A stretch of 63,806 nucleotides of DNA, the filler included, from Lama guanicoe (taxonomy: Eukaryota): assembly GCA_013239625.1 (NCBI GenBank). It is 134 parts of 133 records of this genome, joined end to end, with 100 filler letters (N's around TTAATTAATTAA, not from the genome) between each part and the next. Parts side by side here need not be neighbours in the genome. Positions count along the whole stretch, not along the records: positions 50,107 to 50,306 come from PNXV01029897.1; positions 50,407 to 50,606 come from PNXV01029898.1; positions 50,707 to 50,906 come from PNXV01029899.1; positions 51,007 to 51,206 come from PNXV01029900.1; positions 51,307 to 51,506 come from PNXV01029901.1; positions 51,607 to 51,806 come from PNXV01029902.1; positions 51,907 to 52,106 come from PNXV01029903.1; positions 52,207 to 52,406 come from PNXV01029904.1; 126 more parts are not named here. The stretch is one strand, 5' to 3'. Positions within the stretch are counted from its first letter, which is position 1; each line of letters starts with the position of its first letter. This document shows, one piece after another, positions 50,301 through 63,606 of the stretch. The notes under the pieces are model-generated. The model did not search any database. It had not been told where the DNA came from and was given only the letters and a program-made list of their open reading frames with translations. A program made the translations under genes and the position numbers.

Positions 50301-52806
50301 CAAAGANNNNNNNNNNNNNNNNNNNNNNNNNNNNNNNNNNNNNNNNNNNNTTAATTAATTAANNNNNNNNNNNNNNNNNNNNNNNNNNNNNNNNNNNNNN
50401 NNNNNNTTGATCATTCATCAGTGGAAGAGAGAAGGGAAGTGGTAACATCAATTTATAGATTGAAGAGACTTTACCCTAGACTAACTCTTGAAAGTTCCTA
50501 TTCATTGTCAGACAAAAAAAGCTAGGAAAATGCACAGTTTATATGGTTGACTTTCAAGGACAAAGGGTAAACAGAGAACAAAATGGGGGGAGGGGGTAAA
50601 AGAAAGNNNNNNNNNNNNNNNNNNNNNNNNNNNNNNNNNNNNNNNNNNNNTTAATTAATTAANNNNNNNNNNNNNNNNNNNNNNNNNNNNNNNNNNNNNN
50701 NNNNNNTCTCATCCATCCATGAATTTTCAAGAGGCCTGTTATCCAGACTAACTTTGCCACCAGAACTTTGATCTCCATCTTTCATCTCTAGTACCAGATC
50801 TTCTTCTAGCAACGCTAAGCTGCTCATTTGCGGTTCCTTCTTGACTCACTGCACATTTGTGTATGTCTATCATGAAAGATTTCACTCAATGTGGCTACCA
50901 TTTCATNNNNNNNNNNNNNNNNNNNNNNNNNNNNNNNNNNNNNNNNNNNNTTAATTAATTAANNNNNNNNNNNNNNNNNNNNNNNNNNNNNNNNNNNNNN
51001 NNNNNNAAAAAAAAGATGGTCCTTAATGTTTATAGGCAAAGAAAGAGTGACAATCTCTTCTCAGTTTCAGTCAAGAAGAGATTAACTGAAAGTTGGCTTC
51101 TCTTAGAATAGAAAGACATGAGGTGGCATGTTTGATCAGAAAACTGGTGCAACAGTAGAAATGAATTGTAGGTCAGTGCAATAGTCTTCAATGTGTAGGG
51201 ATTAAANNNNNNNNNNNNNNNNNNNNNNNNNNNNNNNNNNNNNNNNNNNNTTAATTAATTAANNNNNNNNNNNNNNNNNNNNNNNNNNNNNNNNNNNNNN
51301 NNNNNNGTAGTGACCAAAGGAATCACAGTTGGCTTTTCATCCAGGAAAATCTGCCCAATGCCAAAGAAGCTTTGGGCAATGAAAGGGGACTGAGAACCAG
51401 TCTTTGATTCTTTAAACTTTCCATGTTCCCATTGTGCTTTCTGTGTGTGTGTGTGTTTGTGTGTGAACACAGGCAATGAGAATTCAACTGAACGAAAACT
51501 GGCCTTNNNNNNNNNNNNNNNNNNNNNNNNNNNNNNNNNNNNNNNNNNNNTTAATTAATTAANNNNNNNNNNNNNNNNNNNNNNNNNNNNNNNNNNNNNN
51601 NNNNNNTTAAGAATTGAACAAATTCATCCATTTTTTGTATGACTGTGTACTATACTAATTTCAGAATATGTGATTTCAGTGTAATTTTATACGTGTAGAT
51701 ATTTTAAGGATAATAAGAATAATTTTGCAAAGAATAAAGTGTATCTTCAGAAAAGCGTAGTGTTTTTGAAAACAGGCATCCGCTGCCCATCATTTCGGTG
51801 GTAACTNNNNNNNNNNNNNNNNNNNNNNNNNNNNNNNNNNNNNNNNNNNNTTAATTAATTAANNNNNNNNNNNNNNNNNNNNNNNNNNNNNNNNNNNNNN
51901 NNNNNNAGTTATACAAAACAGAAAATCATGCCCCTTAAAAATTATAAGTTTGTAGTGAAGATTTTAGTATTGTTAACTGAAATGAAGAGTCTTCATTTAG
52001 AGAATGACAGAAGCAGATTTCAATATAGACTAAATATTTAGTCCAAAGATTAACAGGGACATAATCTGATTATTGAGTATACTAATCCCCTATATAATAC
52101 TCTCTCNNNNNNNNNNNNNNNNNNNNNNNNNNNNNNNNNNNNNNNNNNNNTTAATTAATTAANNNNNNNNNNNNNNNNNNNNNNNNNNNNNNNNNNNNNN
52201 NNNNNNAGATCAGCCAAGCCTGTTTAGACCAAAAGAACCCCTGTGTTGCAGACTCATTAACTAAATAAGTGCTTTCTGTTCTAAGATGTAAAATTTGGAG
52301 GTTTTTTAAAAGTGCAACCACGACTAATATGCACTATCTAATATGAACTGATATGACCGACTAATGTGTTCCCTTTAAGAATTTCATGTGATAACAATAA
52401 TCCCCANNNNNNNNNNNNNNNNNNNNNNNNNNNNNNNNNNNNNNNNNNNNTTAATTAATTAANNNNNNNNNNNNNNNNNNNNNNNNNNNNNNNNNNNNNN
52501 NNNNNNATCCATTGTTCATATGGCCCACCCTGGTTGAAAACGGGTGGATTCTCCATCCTGACACTCTGGCCTGTTAGACCAGCTCCCTGGGAGAGGGGCA
52601 TTTTCTCTCATGGTCCATTAAGGGCCAGGCAGGACCTCAACAGGCTGAATTAGTATTTATCTGTGGACCCCGGGACCACCCAGCTCCACCCTGGACTCTC
52701 AGCACCNNNNNNNNNNNNNNNNNNNNNNNNNNNNNNNNNNNNNNNNNNNNTTAATTAATTAANNNNNNNNNNNNNNNNNNNNNNNNNNNNNNNNNNNNNN
52801 NNNNNN

Positions 52807-53006
52807 GAGACAATTTCTCCAGCAAGTGGCTTCAGGAAGACTGGACTGCCACACGTAGGACAATGGAATCAGAACGTTCCCTTACACTGTATACAACAAT
52901 AAACTGAAAATGGTTTAAAGACCCAAATGTAGAACCTGAAACCATAAAAACCCCTAAAAGAGGACATAGGTGGAATGCTCTTTGACATAAATCTTAGCAT
53001 TGGATC
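52807..53006 (+). mobile_element. LINE-1 ORF2 C-terminal fragment
   Basis: aaaatggtttaaagacccaaatgtagaacctgaaaccataaaa...catagg...ctctttgacataaatc. Confidence 0.8.
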
Positions 53007-53406
53007 NNNNNNNNNNNNNNNNNNNNNNNNNNNNNNNNNNNNNNNNNNNNTTAATTAATTAANNNNNNNNNNNNNNNNNNNNNNNNNNNNNNNNNNNNNN
53101 NNNNNNTAAAAGGCAACATCCAAGACTGGATACCATGCCACAATGGAAGAAGGTATTGGAGTCAGGGAATGTATGAATAGCACCCTTGCTTGGACATCTC
53201 ATTGAGTGGGACCCTCTTACTTGTCCCTGCATTTCCATGGCTTTGGGCTGTACATTATAGATGTTCATTGGTTGATGAGATGAATTTAACGTTTAGTCAT
53301 TAAAGANNNNNNNNNNNNNNNNNNNNNNNNNNNNNNNNNNNNNNNNNNNNTTAATTAATTAANNNNNNNNNNNNNNNNNNNNNNNNNNNNNNNNNNNNNN
53401 NNNNNN

Positions 53407-53606
53407 ATTCATATACAAAAACCCCACAACTAATATACTCAACAGTGACAGGCTGCAAGCTTTTTATCTAAAATCAGGAGCAAAAGCAAGGATGCCCACT
53501 CTCACCACTGCTATCCAGTATAATACTAGAAGTCCTAGCCAGAGCATAGGCAAGAACAATAAATAAAAGGCATCCAAATTAGAGAGAAGTAAAATTATCT
53601 CTATTC
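53407..53606 (+). mobile_element. LINE-1 reverse transcriptase fragment, degenerate
   Basis: caaggatgcccactctcaccactgcta encodes QGCPLSPLL and ctagaagtcctagccagagca encodes LEVLARA; frameshifted. Confidence 0.9.
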
Positions 53607-54606
53607 NNNNNNNNNNNNNNNNNNNNNNNNNNNNNNNNNNNNNNNNNNNNTTAATTAATTAANNNNNNNNNNNNNNNNNNNNNNNNNNNNNNNNNNNNNN
53701 NNNNNNTCTTTTTAATGAAATCCTAGTGATAGTGGGCTCTGGTTCTTTTGATAACAGGCTTCCTTGGATAAAATAAAGACTTGATCACCGACTATGTTGG
53801 CCCTTTATTTGATTTTTAATTTACAGGTGGGTTTCATATAATTTAGTATCTTCATTCTCTTTTAAGTAAGGAAATTAAAAACCTGAAGAGACCAAATGAA
53901 ATTCCCNNNNNNNNNNNNNNNNNNNNNNNNNNNNNNNNNNNNNNNNNNNNTTAATTAATTAANNNNNNNNNNNNNNNNNNNNNNNNNNNNNNNNNNNNNN
54001 NNNNNNATATCCCAGTGCGCTGTGACAGCCCCTTTAATAGCAGCTGATGGACGTGTGGGAACCTGGTTTGTGCTGTTAAGAAAGGAACTGAAACAGACAG
54101 AGGGCCGGGGCGCCGACTCCCTCCCGAGCCCAGTCCTCAGGCTGCTGGTCCACTCCAGAGTCGGACCGCATGGGGCCCTGGGTGCCGAGAGCCCTGGGCC
54201 CGGGAGNNNNNNNNNNNNNNNNNNNNNNNNNNNNNNNNNNNNNNNNNNNNTTAATTAATTAANNNNNNNNNNNNNNNNNNNNNNNNNNNNNNNNNNNNNN
54301 NNNNNNCTGGTCTGTGCGTTTCCATCTGCGACTTGCTTTTCCACCCAACAGTGTGCGGAGAGGTGCAGGCTTGCTCAGCCCCACCCGGTGCTGGCCCCCT
54401 CTGCCCATCCACACTGTCTCTGTTCCCCTGGTCGGGGTCGTCTGGGGGCTCCCCACGTTCGCTGCTACGAACCACTTCCCCACCAACCTTCCTCCCTTGT
54501 CTCCGANNNNNNNNNNNNNNNNNNNNNNNNNNNNNNNNNNNNNNNNNNNNTTAATTAATTAANNNNNNNNNNNNNNNNNNNNNNNNNNNNNNNNNNNNNN
54601 NNNNNN

Positions 54607-54669
54607 GACTCAGCCACCTACTTCTGTGCAGCAAGTGCACAGAGCTCCCCAGGCATCTGCACCCAAACC
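54607..54669 (+). pseudogene. TRAV23/29-like V segment 3' end with a defective RSS
   Basis: DSATYFCAAS (54607-54636), heptamer CACAGAG (54638-54644), 16-bp spacer, nonamer ACCCAAACC (54661-54669). Confidence 0.8.
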
Positions 54670-57600
54670 TGCAGCTGGGGCTCCATGAAACCCTGCTGTG
54701 TAAACAAAAAGTTCACAAACATACACACACATAATCCATTTGGTCATATATAAGTCATAATGCATAAAAAATCTGAATGTATACAGGATTTATTCTTTGA
54801 CTAAAANNNNNNNNNNNNNNNNNNNNNNNNNNNNNNNNNNNNNNNNNNNNTTAATTAATTAANNNNNNNNNNNNNNNNNNNNNNNNNNNNNNNNNNNNNN
54901 NNNNNNAAGAGCAGAGAAGGGAGGCACACAACTCAGCCTGGGAGACCAGTGACCTCCCAGAGGAGGAGACACCTGAGCTGGGGCTTTGAAGGATCAGGAG
55001 GAGTTTGCTGGAGTAGGACATTCCAAACAGAGGAAATAAACAGCATGATTCCCAGGCGCAGTAAAGCAGGTGCACAAGGAGAAAGCAGGCTGGAGGTGGC
55101 TCTGCANNNNNNNNNNNNNNNNNNNNNNNNNNNNNNNNNNNNNNNNNNNNTTAATTAATTAANNNNNNNNNNNNNNNNNNNNNNNNNNNNNNNNNNNNNN
55201 NNNNNNGTTATACAAAGCATTTCCAATACAATACAAATGGAGACAAAGAATGCAAATAAAAAGCACCACTTAAAAAAAAAAAACCAATACTGGTCACCCT
55301 AATCTCCTTGTATTTCTGTACTTAATGAGCACATTTAAACACTGCAGCATAAATGTGACACTAACGACAACTATCTAGTAAGATAATCTGTAGGTGATAT
55401 CTCGATNNNNNNNNNNNNNNNNNNNNNNNNNNNNNNNNNNNNNNNNNNNNTTAATTAATTAANNNNNNNNNNNNNNNNNNNNNNNNNNNNNNNNNNNNNN
55501 NNNNNNAAGTCCAGCGACATATGAGTTCAGGCTGATGGAAGAAGTCTGAGTTCTGTAGATGGCGGACGGCAATACCATGGAGGAAATAGCCATAGTCTGC
55601 TTAAATACACATAAAATATACACAGAACCATGTCTTTGTAATTCCAAAGCCATTGAGCTATCAGAAACTGTTTACCAACTTCTACCTACAGACAGCTGCC
55701 ACAGTCNNNNNNNNNNNNNNNNNNNNNNNNNNNNNNNNNNNNNNNNNNNNTTAATTAATTAANNNNNNNNNNNNNNNNNNNNNNNNNNNNNNNNNNNNNN
55801 NNNNNNAACGAACCTTCCCCTGGTTATGAACGTGAACAGACAGGAGGCACACCGCTGTCACTTAAATTCCGTCACATTTTAAAATCAAAATTATTCATAT
55901 CCAAACAGCTATGGGAATGGTCACTGTTTTGCTTCACCAACATTGGTCGAGGTCAAACTGCTCAGAAGGAGGAAAGCTATGAGAATCAGGGCTGGTCCAT
56001 TTTCAGNNNNNNNNNNNNNNNNNNNNNNNNNNNNNNNNNNNNNNNNNNNNTTAATTAATTAANNNNNNNNNNNNNNNNNNNNNNNNNNNNNNNNNNNNNN
56101 NNNNNNTAGAAAAACTGGTACAAACAAGGGATTTACCTGAACAGCCCAGAAGTTTCAGCCACCACTATACCTGTCCAGCCTTATCTCCTATGTCCCCAAC
56201 ACCGGTCCTGAGTTTCAACCAAACAGATGCCATTTCTGTTATTTTCTGCGCAAGTACAGGACCGTATAAGTATTTTTTCCAAAACTCAAGTTGGTGGCCT
56301 GTCACGNNNNNNNNNNNNNNNNNNNNNNNNNNNNNNNNNNNNNNNNNNNNTTAATTAATTAANNNNNNNNNNNNNNNNNNNNNNNNNNNNNNNNNNNNNN
56401 NNNNNNGATAAATAACTTGAACTTATATTTATGGTCCCAGTGGGACACTTGACAGTGAAAAGAGCATCCTTACACCAGGATGACAGATCTCAGCCAGGCC
56501 GCCCTGCGCACCTGAGGTAGAAAAAAATGTTCAAGCAACACACAAGGGTTTATTTCCTTAATTTCTGTCCCACACGCCCCAAATCCCATGCCCTTCATAC
56601 AAGGTANNNNNNNNNNNNNNNNNNNNNNNNNNNNNNNNNNNNNNNNNNNNTTAATTAATTAANNNNNNNNNNNNNNNNNNNNNNNNNNNNNNNNNNNNNN
56701 NNNNNNGGGGAGTCACCTTGGCCCTAAAGCAGGGTCCCCTAAGGGTGGTAATGCAATTATTCCCAGGAGTCAGTGTTCTGTCTTCTTCTAGGCCTGTGGG
56801 ACAACTGCCCCTCTCCAGTTCCGTGAGAACACACACTTGGAAGAAACTGACACACATGGGGCCAATTCTTAAAGCAAGTCAGGTGTTTATTTCTGGCAGA
56901 CAGACANNNNNNNNNNNNNNNNNNNNNNNNNNNNNNNNNNNNNNNNNNNNTTAATTAATTAANNNNNNNNNNNNNNNNNNNNNNNNNNNNNNNNNNNNNN
57001 NNNNNNGCGCCCAGGGCTCACAGGCTCCCCTCCGGCACTGCTCAAGTTTGGGATCGGGGGTCAGAGGCGCTTAAGGACTCAGCTGAACGCACTGGCGCTC
57101 CGTACCAAGATTTTCTTATTCAATGCACGTTATTCTCCCATGTTCCCCAATCTTCTGGTCTGTGAGTCTTGTGAGATGACCCTCTAGTATTTGAAGCTGG
57201 ATTCATNNNNNNNNNNNNNNNNNNNNNNNNNNNNNNNNNNNNNNNNNNNNTTAATTAATTAANNNNNNNNNNNNNNNNNNNNNNNNNNNNNNNNNNNNNN
57301 NNNNNNATTTATCTCAGATGTAACTCAGTGAGTCCAAAAGTTTTTTTAAGCTGTAGAAATTACTAGTTTCCTCAACTTCCTGACAGGCTTTTATAATGAG
57401 TGGTGATTAAAGGCCCATACAATGAATGTGAAGGATAATAGGAAACGTTAGGTGTCTAGAAGAGGAAATTAAAGAGAAATGGAATTGCAGAGATATCAAA
57501 AAGGAGNNNNNNNNNNNNNNNNNNNNNNNNNNNNNNNNNNNNNNNNNNNNTTAATTAATTAANNNNNNNNNNNNNNNNNNNNNNNNNNNNNNNNNNNNNN

Positions 57601-59734
57601 NNNNNNCGTACTGTGTTTGGAGAGCCCCCTGTCTTATGCATAAACACTTGACATCGGTTCTCCAAGCCTGAGCTCCTCCTGTTGTAACATTAAGATGCTT
57701 TCTGCCTTTTCCCTAGTTTCTCCATGTGTATAGGAAAATTTTTAAAATTTTGTTTTTTACTGAAGTGTAATTGACTTACAGTGTTAGTTTCAGGTGTACG
57801 GCAAAGNNNNNNNNNNNNNNNNNNNNNNNNNNNNNNNNNNNNNNNNNNNNTTAATTAATTAANNNNNNNNNNNNNNNNNNNNNNNNNNNNNNNNNNNNNN
57901 NNNNNNTATCCCATTAACATTGCATATTTATGCTGTGTGAACTTTCTGTTCATGCGTTATGCTTCAATGAAAAATTAAATAAGAAAAAAAGGAAAGAAAA
58001 ACATGTAGCTGTGGGTGGGACATAACGGGAAAGAACCCCAAAAAGGGGACTCAAACGACAGACTATCATCTATGAGAGTGGTGTTCCTTGAACGTTTGTA
58101 AACTGANNNNNNNNNNNNNNNNNNNNNNNNNNNNNNNNNNNNNNNNNNNNTTAATTAATTAANNNNNNNNNNNNNNNNNNNNNNNNNNNNNNNNNNNNNN
58201 NNNNNNTTCTTGTTGGTACTCTGCTCAGTTCAGGTAACAATATAGAACAGTAGAATATGTTTATTAAATATTTACATTTAGAATTGCTACATACTATTTT
58301 ACTGTATAGGTATACCATAATTAATTAATGTCATAAAGGTGGAAATTTAGTGTTCAGTTTTTCACTGCTTTAAACACTATGTATTTCTTAAAATAAATTA
58401 TAAATGNNNNNNNNNNNNNNNNNNNNNNNNNNNNNNNNNNNNNNNNNNNNTTAATTAATTAANNNNNNNNNNNNNNNNNNNNNNNNNNNNNNNNNNNNNN
58501 NNNNNNATCATTTTCTATGCTTCAAGATCTGTACTAGACATTAGACTTGATTTCACCCCTCAAAAACATAGAATTTCATGAGGAAGACACAAGATCAGAT
58601 AGTTTGGGGTTAAGTGTCATGCCAGAGGTGCACCCAGGCAATTGCAAAGACAGGAGAAAACACATAGAGTCAGTGGACCCTAGAAACACCTAATCCAATC
58701 TACAGCNNNNNNNNNNNNNNNNNNNNNNNNNNNNNNNNNNNNNNNNNNNNTTAATTAATTAANNNNNNNNNNNNNNNNNNNNNNNNNNNNNNNNNNNNNN
58801 NNNNNNGGTGCTTGGTCGTCTGAGTGGTTTGTAAATGCCCCGTGGGACGTGTGGATATTCAAGACATCTTCCAAGAACATGAGAGCTTCTATCATTTCTA
58901 ACTTCTCATCAGTTTTGGATGGAAGTAATCTTGGAAAAGTTCTTGGAGCAGAGAATTCAGTACCATCCTCAAGTGCACATCGACACTCCACATGATACTG
59001 ACAGTANNNNNNNNNNNNNNNNNNNNNNNNNNNNNNNNNNNNNNNNNNNNTTAATTAATTAANNNNNNNNNNNNNNNNNNNNNNNNNNNNNNNNNNNNNN
59101 NNNNNNGTAACCACTGAGCTCTACCACCTCGGAGGGCTGTCGGAAGTGAGTTCACGTGCATAATGCCGGTTACACACGGTGAGAACACCCCTGCCAGGCA
59201 CCAGGATGCCCCCTAGGGGTGAACAAGGCAGCCTCTGTCCTCAAACAGCTCAACCAATGTTTTGAATTTTTAGCTAAAGGCAGCCTCCTAATGCTCATTC
59301 ACCCCANNNNNNNNNNNNNNNNNNNNNNNNNNNNNNNNNNNNNNNNNNNNTTAATTAATTAANNNNNNNNNNNNNNNNNNNNNNNNNNNNNNNNNNNNNN
59401 NNNNNNCAGTGATACAACATTTACATACATTACAACTTTATCACCACTATAACTACAGTAACCATCTTTTACCATATAAAGTTATGACAATATTGTTGAC
59501 TATATTCCTTATGCTATCTATACATTATATCCCCATGACCCATGACATTTATTTTACAACTAAAAAGTTTACATTTTAACCCCCTCCAGCTATTTTATCC
59601 ATTCCCNNNNNNNNNNNNNNNNNNNNNNNNNNNNNNNNNNNNNNNNNNNNTTAATTAATTAANNNNNNNNNNNNNNNNNNNNNNNNNNNNNNNNNNNNNN
59701 NNNNNNTCACAAGAGAAATCAAAAACACACAGGG

Positions 59735-59906
59735 ATCATGCGGGCTGGGGGAGATGATTTGTGCTTGGGGACATGATGTGGGCTTAGGGTGGTGAGGTCG
59801 GCTTGAGGACATGTGGGCCTGGAAACATGATGCGGCCTCAGGGAGTCGATGCAGTCCTGGGAGGGTGATGCGGGCTTGGGGAGACTATGTGTGCTCGGGG
59901 AGATGA
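59735..59906 (+). repeat. 19-bp G-rich minisatellite, about 9 copies (consensus ATGATGYGGGCTTGGGGAG)
   Basis: Units read directly; one unit is shortened to 16 bp. Confidence 0.85.
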
Positions 59907-60906
59907 NNNNNNNNNNNNNNNNNNNNNNNNNNNNNNNNNNNNNNNNNNNNTTAATTAATTAANNNNNNNNNNNNNNNNNNNNNNNNNNNNNNNNNNNNNN
60001 NNNNNNCATTATTCAAACTTTAATATTCTCCCTTTCTCATGACTGTTTCTATTATGTTCTTGTATTCCTGGGAGTGGAATTTAAGAGTACATCTCTTTAA
60101 TGTATGTCGTACGTCTCATACAACTACTGCTACAGGTCCAGTTTTGCACACATGGGTGTATGCTTCCTCATCACTTTTTAAGTGCCTGTCTCATCCCTGT
60201 GTGTATNNNNNNNNNNNNNNNNNNNNNNNNNNNNNNNNNNNNNNNNNNNNTTAATTAATTAANNNNNNNNNNNNNNNNNNNNNNNNNNNNNNNNNNNNNN
60301 NNNNNNGTGACAACTGTGCGGGGGTTGGGGGGCTTGGGGTGGGGAGTCAGAGCTCTTTCTCGCCGGACTCCAGGGGCTTGGGGCAGGAGGAGTAAGCCAG
60401 CAGAGGTTCCATCCTCCTCTTCCTCCAGATCCCGGGCTGTCTGCCCACGGGGCACGGCCCTGTACGCGGTGCCACCGCGGCCATCAGGCTGGGTTAGAGG
60501 AAGGCCNNNNNNNNNNNNNNNNNNNNNNNNNNNNNNNNNNNNNNNNNNNNTTAATTAATTAANNNNNNNNNNNNNNNNNNNNNNNNNNNNNNNNNNNNNN
60601 NNNNNNGCGCAGGACATTCTTTGTTCTGGACATTTTTCTCTTCCAGGAACATGTCCTTAACAACTGGAGCCCTGTTTACGATACAGTCTGAACAGTGCTT
60701 CATCCGAGGCTGTCTTCAGCGTTCCTGTTCTGGAAGAACTATGTTCATAAGTTTGCACCTCTGGGTCTCACCCAAATGAGAGGAGTACAGTGTATCAATG
60801 TGACATNNNNNNNNNNNNNNNNNNNNNNNNNNNNNNNNNNNNNNNNNNNNTTAATTAATTAANNNNNNNNNNNNNNNNNNNNNNNNNNNNNNNNNNNNNN
60901 NNNNNN

Positions 60907-61106
60907 GGGTTCTCGTCCAATGGGTTGGTGGCCTTCTAAGAAGAGAAGTGGGTCTGCCTCTTCCCTCTTGTCACATCCAGGCGCCAAGAAAGGCCAGGGG
61001 AGGCATCCACCGAAAAGCCAAGCAAGGGTCCTCACTGGAATCCGAGCGTGGTGGGACCCTGATCTCGGACTTCCAGCCGCCAGAACTGGGACGAACGTTC
61101 TGCCGC
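60907..61106 (+). mobile_element. MLT1A-like LTR fragment
   Basis: ccctgatctcggacttccagccgccagaactg. Confidence 0.7.
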
Positions 61107-61806
61107 NNNNNNNNNNNNNNNNNNNNNNNNNNNNNNNNNNNNNNNNNNNNTTAATTAATTAANNNNNNNNNNNNNNNNNNNNNNNNNNNNNNNNNNNNNN
61201 NNNNNNTAAATGTTTAAAAATGTGGCAGAGAGACAACTTTCTAAATTCTCTGTTTTGTCTAAAGTTAAGGGCACAATGGTGGACGTAAAGATTTTTTTCC
61301 TTTTTAAGGTAAAACAACCCTGGCACATATTATTAAGGGATTTTTGGAAAAACAACCAACAAAAACCTTGTTTTAAAAATGAAAATCTGCACAATAATTA
61401 GCTGAANNNNNNNNNNNNNNNNNNNNNNNNNNNNNNNNNNNNNNNNNNNNTTAATTAATTAANNNNNNNNNNNNNNNNNNNNNNNNNNNNNNNNNNNNNN
61501 NNNNNNTTACGGGGCATTTACAAGGTGCTGCACAGCAGCGAGTGCTGGGCGGGGGTCCCCACGCCCTCGACCCTCAGGGCGGCTCCTGGAAGTGGGCTTT
61601 CCCTTATCCCATTTTACAGAGGGGTCCTCTGAGGCCCTGGCCCCTGCCCTCTGCACTATCCTCTCCTCTCCTGGCTCAGCCTTCCTGTGCCGGAGGCCAG
61701 CCTCAGNNNNNNNNNNNNNNNNNNNNNNNNNNNNNNNNNNNNNNNNNNNNTTAATTAATTAANNNNNNNNNNNNNNNNNNNNNNNNNNNNNNNNNNNNNN
61801 NNNNNN

Positions 61807-62006
61807 AGAGTGTCCAACACCAAAAGTGAACTCTAATATAAACTATGGATGTTGAGTTATGACTTATCAATATAGGTTCATCAATTGTAACAGATGTATC
61901 ATGCTGATCCTGGATGCTGATAATTAAGAGAGGCTTTGATCCTTCTTCTCAGCTTTACTGTGAATCTAAAACTTCTTTAAAAATTAAAGTCTATTTTTGA
62001 AAAAAA
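61807..62006 (+). mobile_element. L1MC-type 3' end
   Basis: aacaccaaaagtgaactctaatataaactatgga...ctgtgaatctaaaact..tttaaaaattaaagtc plus an A-tail. Confidence 0.7.
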
Positions 62007-62106
62007 NNNNNNNNNNNNNNNNNNNNNNNNNNNNNNNNNNNNNNNNNNNNTTAATTAATTAANNNNNNNNNNNNNNNNNNNNNNNNNNNNNNNNNNNNNN
62101 NNNNNN

Positions 62107-62306
62107 CCTGCAGAATTGAGTCTTTATGAGACCTCACTCCTTGCTGATAGACAATCGTCTTCCTGTGTCTTCATAGGGCAGAACGTGTGTATGTCTGTGC
62201 CCTAATCTTTTCTTACAAGGCAGCAATCATATTGGATTCAGGTCATGCCTTGAAACCTCATTTTAACTTAATTTCCTCCCTAAGGACCCTACTTCCAAAT
62301 ACAACC
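62107..62306 (-). mobile_element. MLT1B/C-like LTR fragment
   Basis: tcttacaagg...catattggatt...acctcattttaactta...aggaccctacttccaaataca. Confidence 0.75.
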
Positions 62307-63006
62307 NNNNNNNNNNNNNNNNNNNNNNNNNNNNNNNNNNNNNNNNNNNNTTAATTAATTAANNNNNNNNNNNNNNNNNNNNNNNNNNNNNNNNNNNNNN
62401 NNNNNNGAAAGACTTAGATTTATAAAAATTGAGAGGCCATGTGGTGAATGGTGAGAGGAGGTGGAGCAGTTAAAATACAACTAAATATACACACTGCAAG
62501 ATCTCTGCGGTGTTACCTAGCGAGCAGGCTTTATGCACAAAGAACAGAATAAAGGGAAAAGAAAACAGAACACAGTGAAGGAGGAAGATAGCAAATACAG
62601 AGAACTNNNNNNNNNNNNNNNNNNNNNNNNNNNNNNNNNNNNNNNNNNNNTTAATTAATTAANNNNNNNNNNNNNNNNNNNNNNNNNNNNNNNNNNNNNN
62701 NNNNNNGCTTATTTCCTTGGTGTAGAGGTACACAGAGTTTTCCAGGCTGCTGCTTAGTTCAATACCCAGTGACTTTATATCAGACATTTATAAGTTATTG
62801 ATCCATATTGGGCATTCTTTCCCTTCAGCTCACCCACTTGGGCTAATTAATAACTTGACTTTTTTTTTTTAGAGTGCCAGCAGTGGGGTCCAAGGTGATG
62901 AGTTTGNNNNNNNNNNNNNNNNNNNNNNNNNNNNNNNNNNNNNNNNNNNNTTAATTAATTAANNNNNNNNNNNNNNNNNNNNNNNNNNNNNNNNNNNNNN
63001 NNNNNN

Positions 63007-63206
63007 ATACTTTATCCAGCAAGGCTATCCTTTAGGAAAAAAGGAGAAATAAAGAATTTCACAGACAAGAAAAAGTTGCAAGAGTTAAGCAACACTAAAC
63101 CCATCTTAAAAGAAATATTGAAAAGTCTATTCAAAGAAAAGCAGCAGGATGCTACATAAATGAGAAACTCACAATTGGAAAGGTGATAACTCATGAATTA
63201 CAAATA
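63007..63206 (+). mobile_element. LINE-1 ORF1 C-terminus and inter-ORF spacer
   Basis: ILYPARLSFRKKGEIKNFTDKKKLQELSNTKPILKEILKSLFKEKQQDAT* with the stop at 63157-63159. Confidence 0.92.
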
Positions 63207-63606
63207 NNNNNNNNNNNNNNNNNNNNNNNNNNNNNNNNNNNNNNNNNNNNTTAATTAATTAANNNNNNNNNNNNNNNNNNNNNNNNNNNNNNNNNNNNNN
63301 NNNNNNAATACCAACCAGAAAAGCCATATCTATTGTACATACATTTCTCTTACCCTACAACCTATTTAAACTGGATTTTGAAAAATGATAATAGATCCTT
63401 AAGTAGCAGAGAGCAATGTTTAACAAAACCATATTTCAAATGTGTCACAGACTCCATGACACTTAAATGACTTGCCTTAAACACAGCACCCACTACAGAT
63501 TCACTGNNNNNNNNNNNNNNNNNNNNNNNNNNNNNNNNNNNNNNNNNNNNTTAATTAATTAANNNNNNNNNNNNNNNNNNNNNNNNNNNNNNNNNNNNNN
63601 NNNNNN

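Noticed and set aside
55507..55597. Minus-strand candidate exon after tttaagcag (YGYFLHGIAVRHLQ...)
   Set aside because: Two frames are open, no donor is visible and no homologue is recognised.
58807..59006. Minus-strand frame open across the whole 200-bp contig (CQYHVECRCALEDG...)
   Set aside because: No recognisable family; open frames of about 66 codons are expected by chance among 76 contigs in six frames. BLASTX would settle it.
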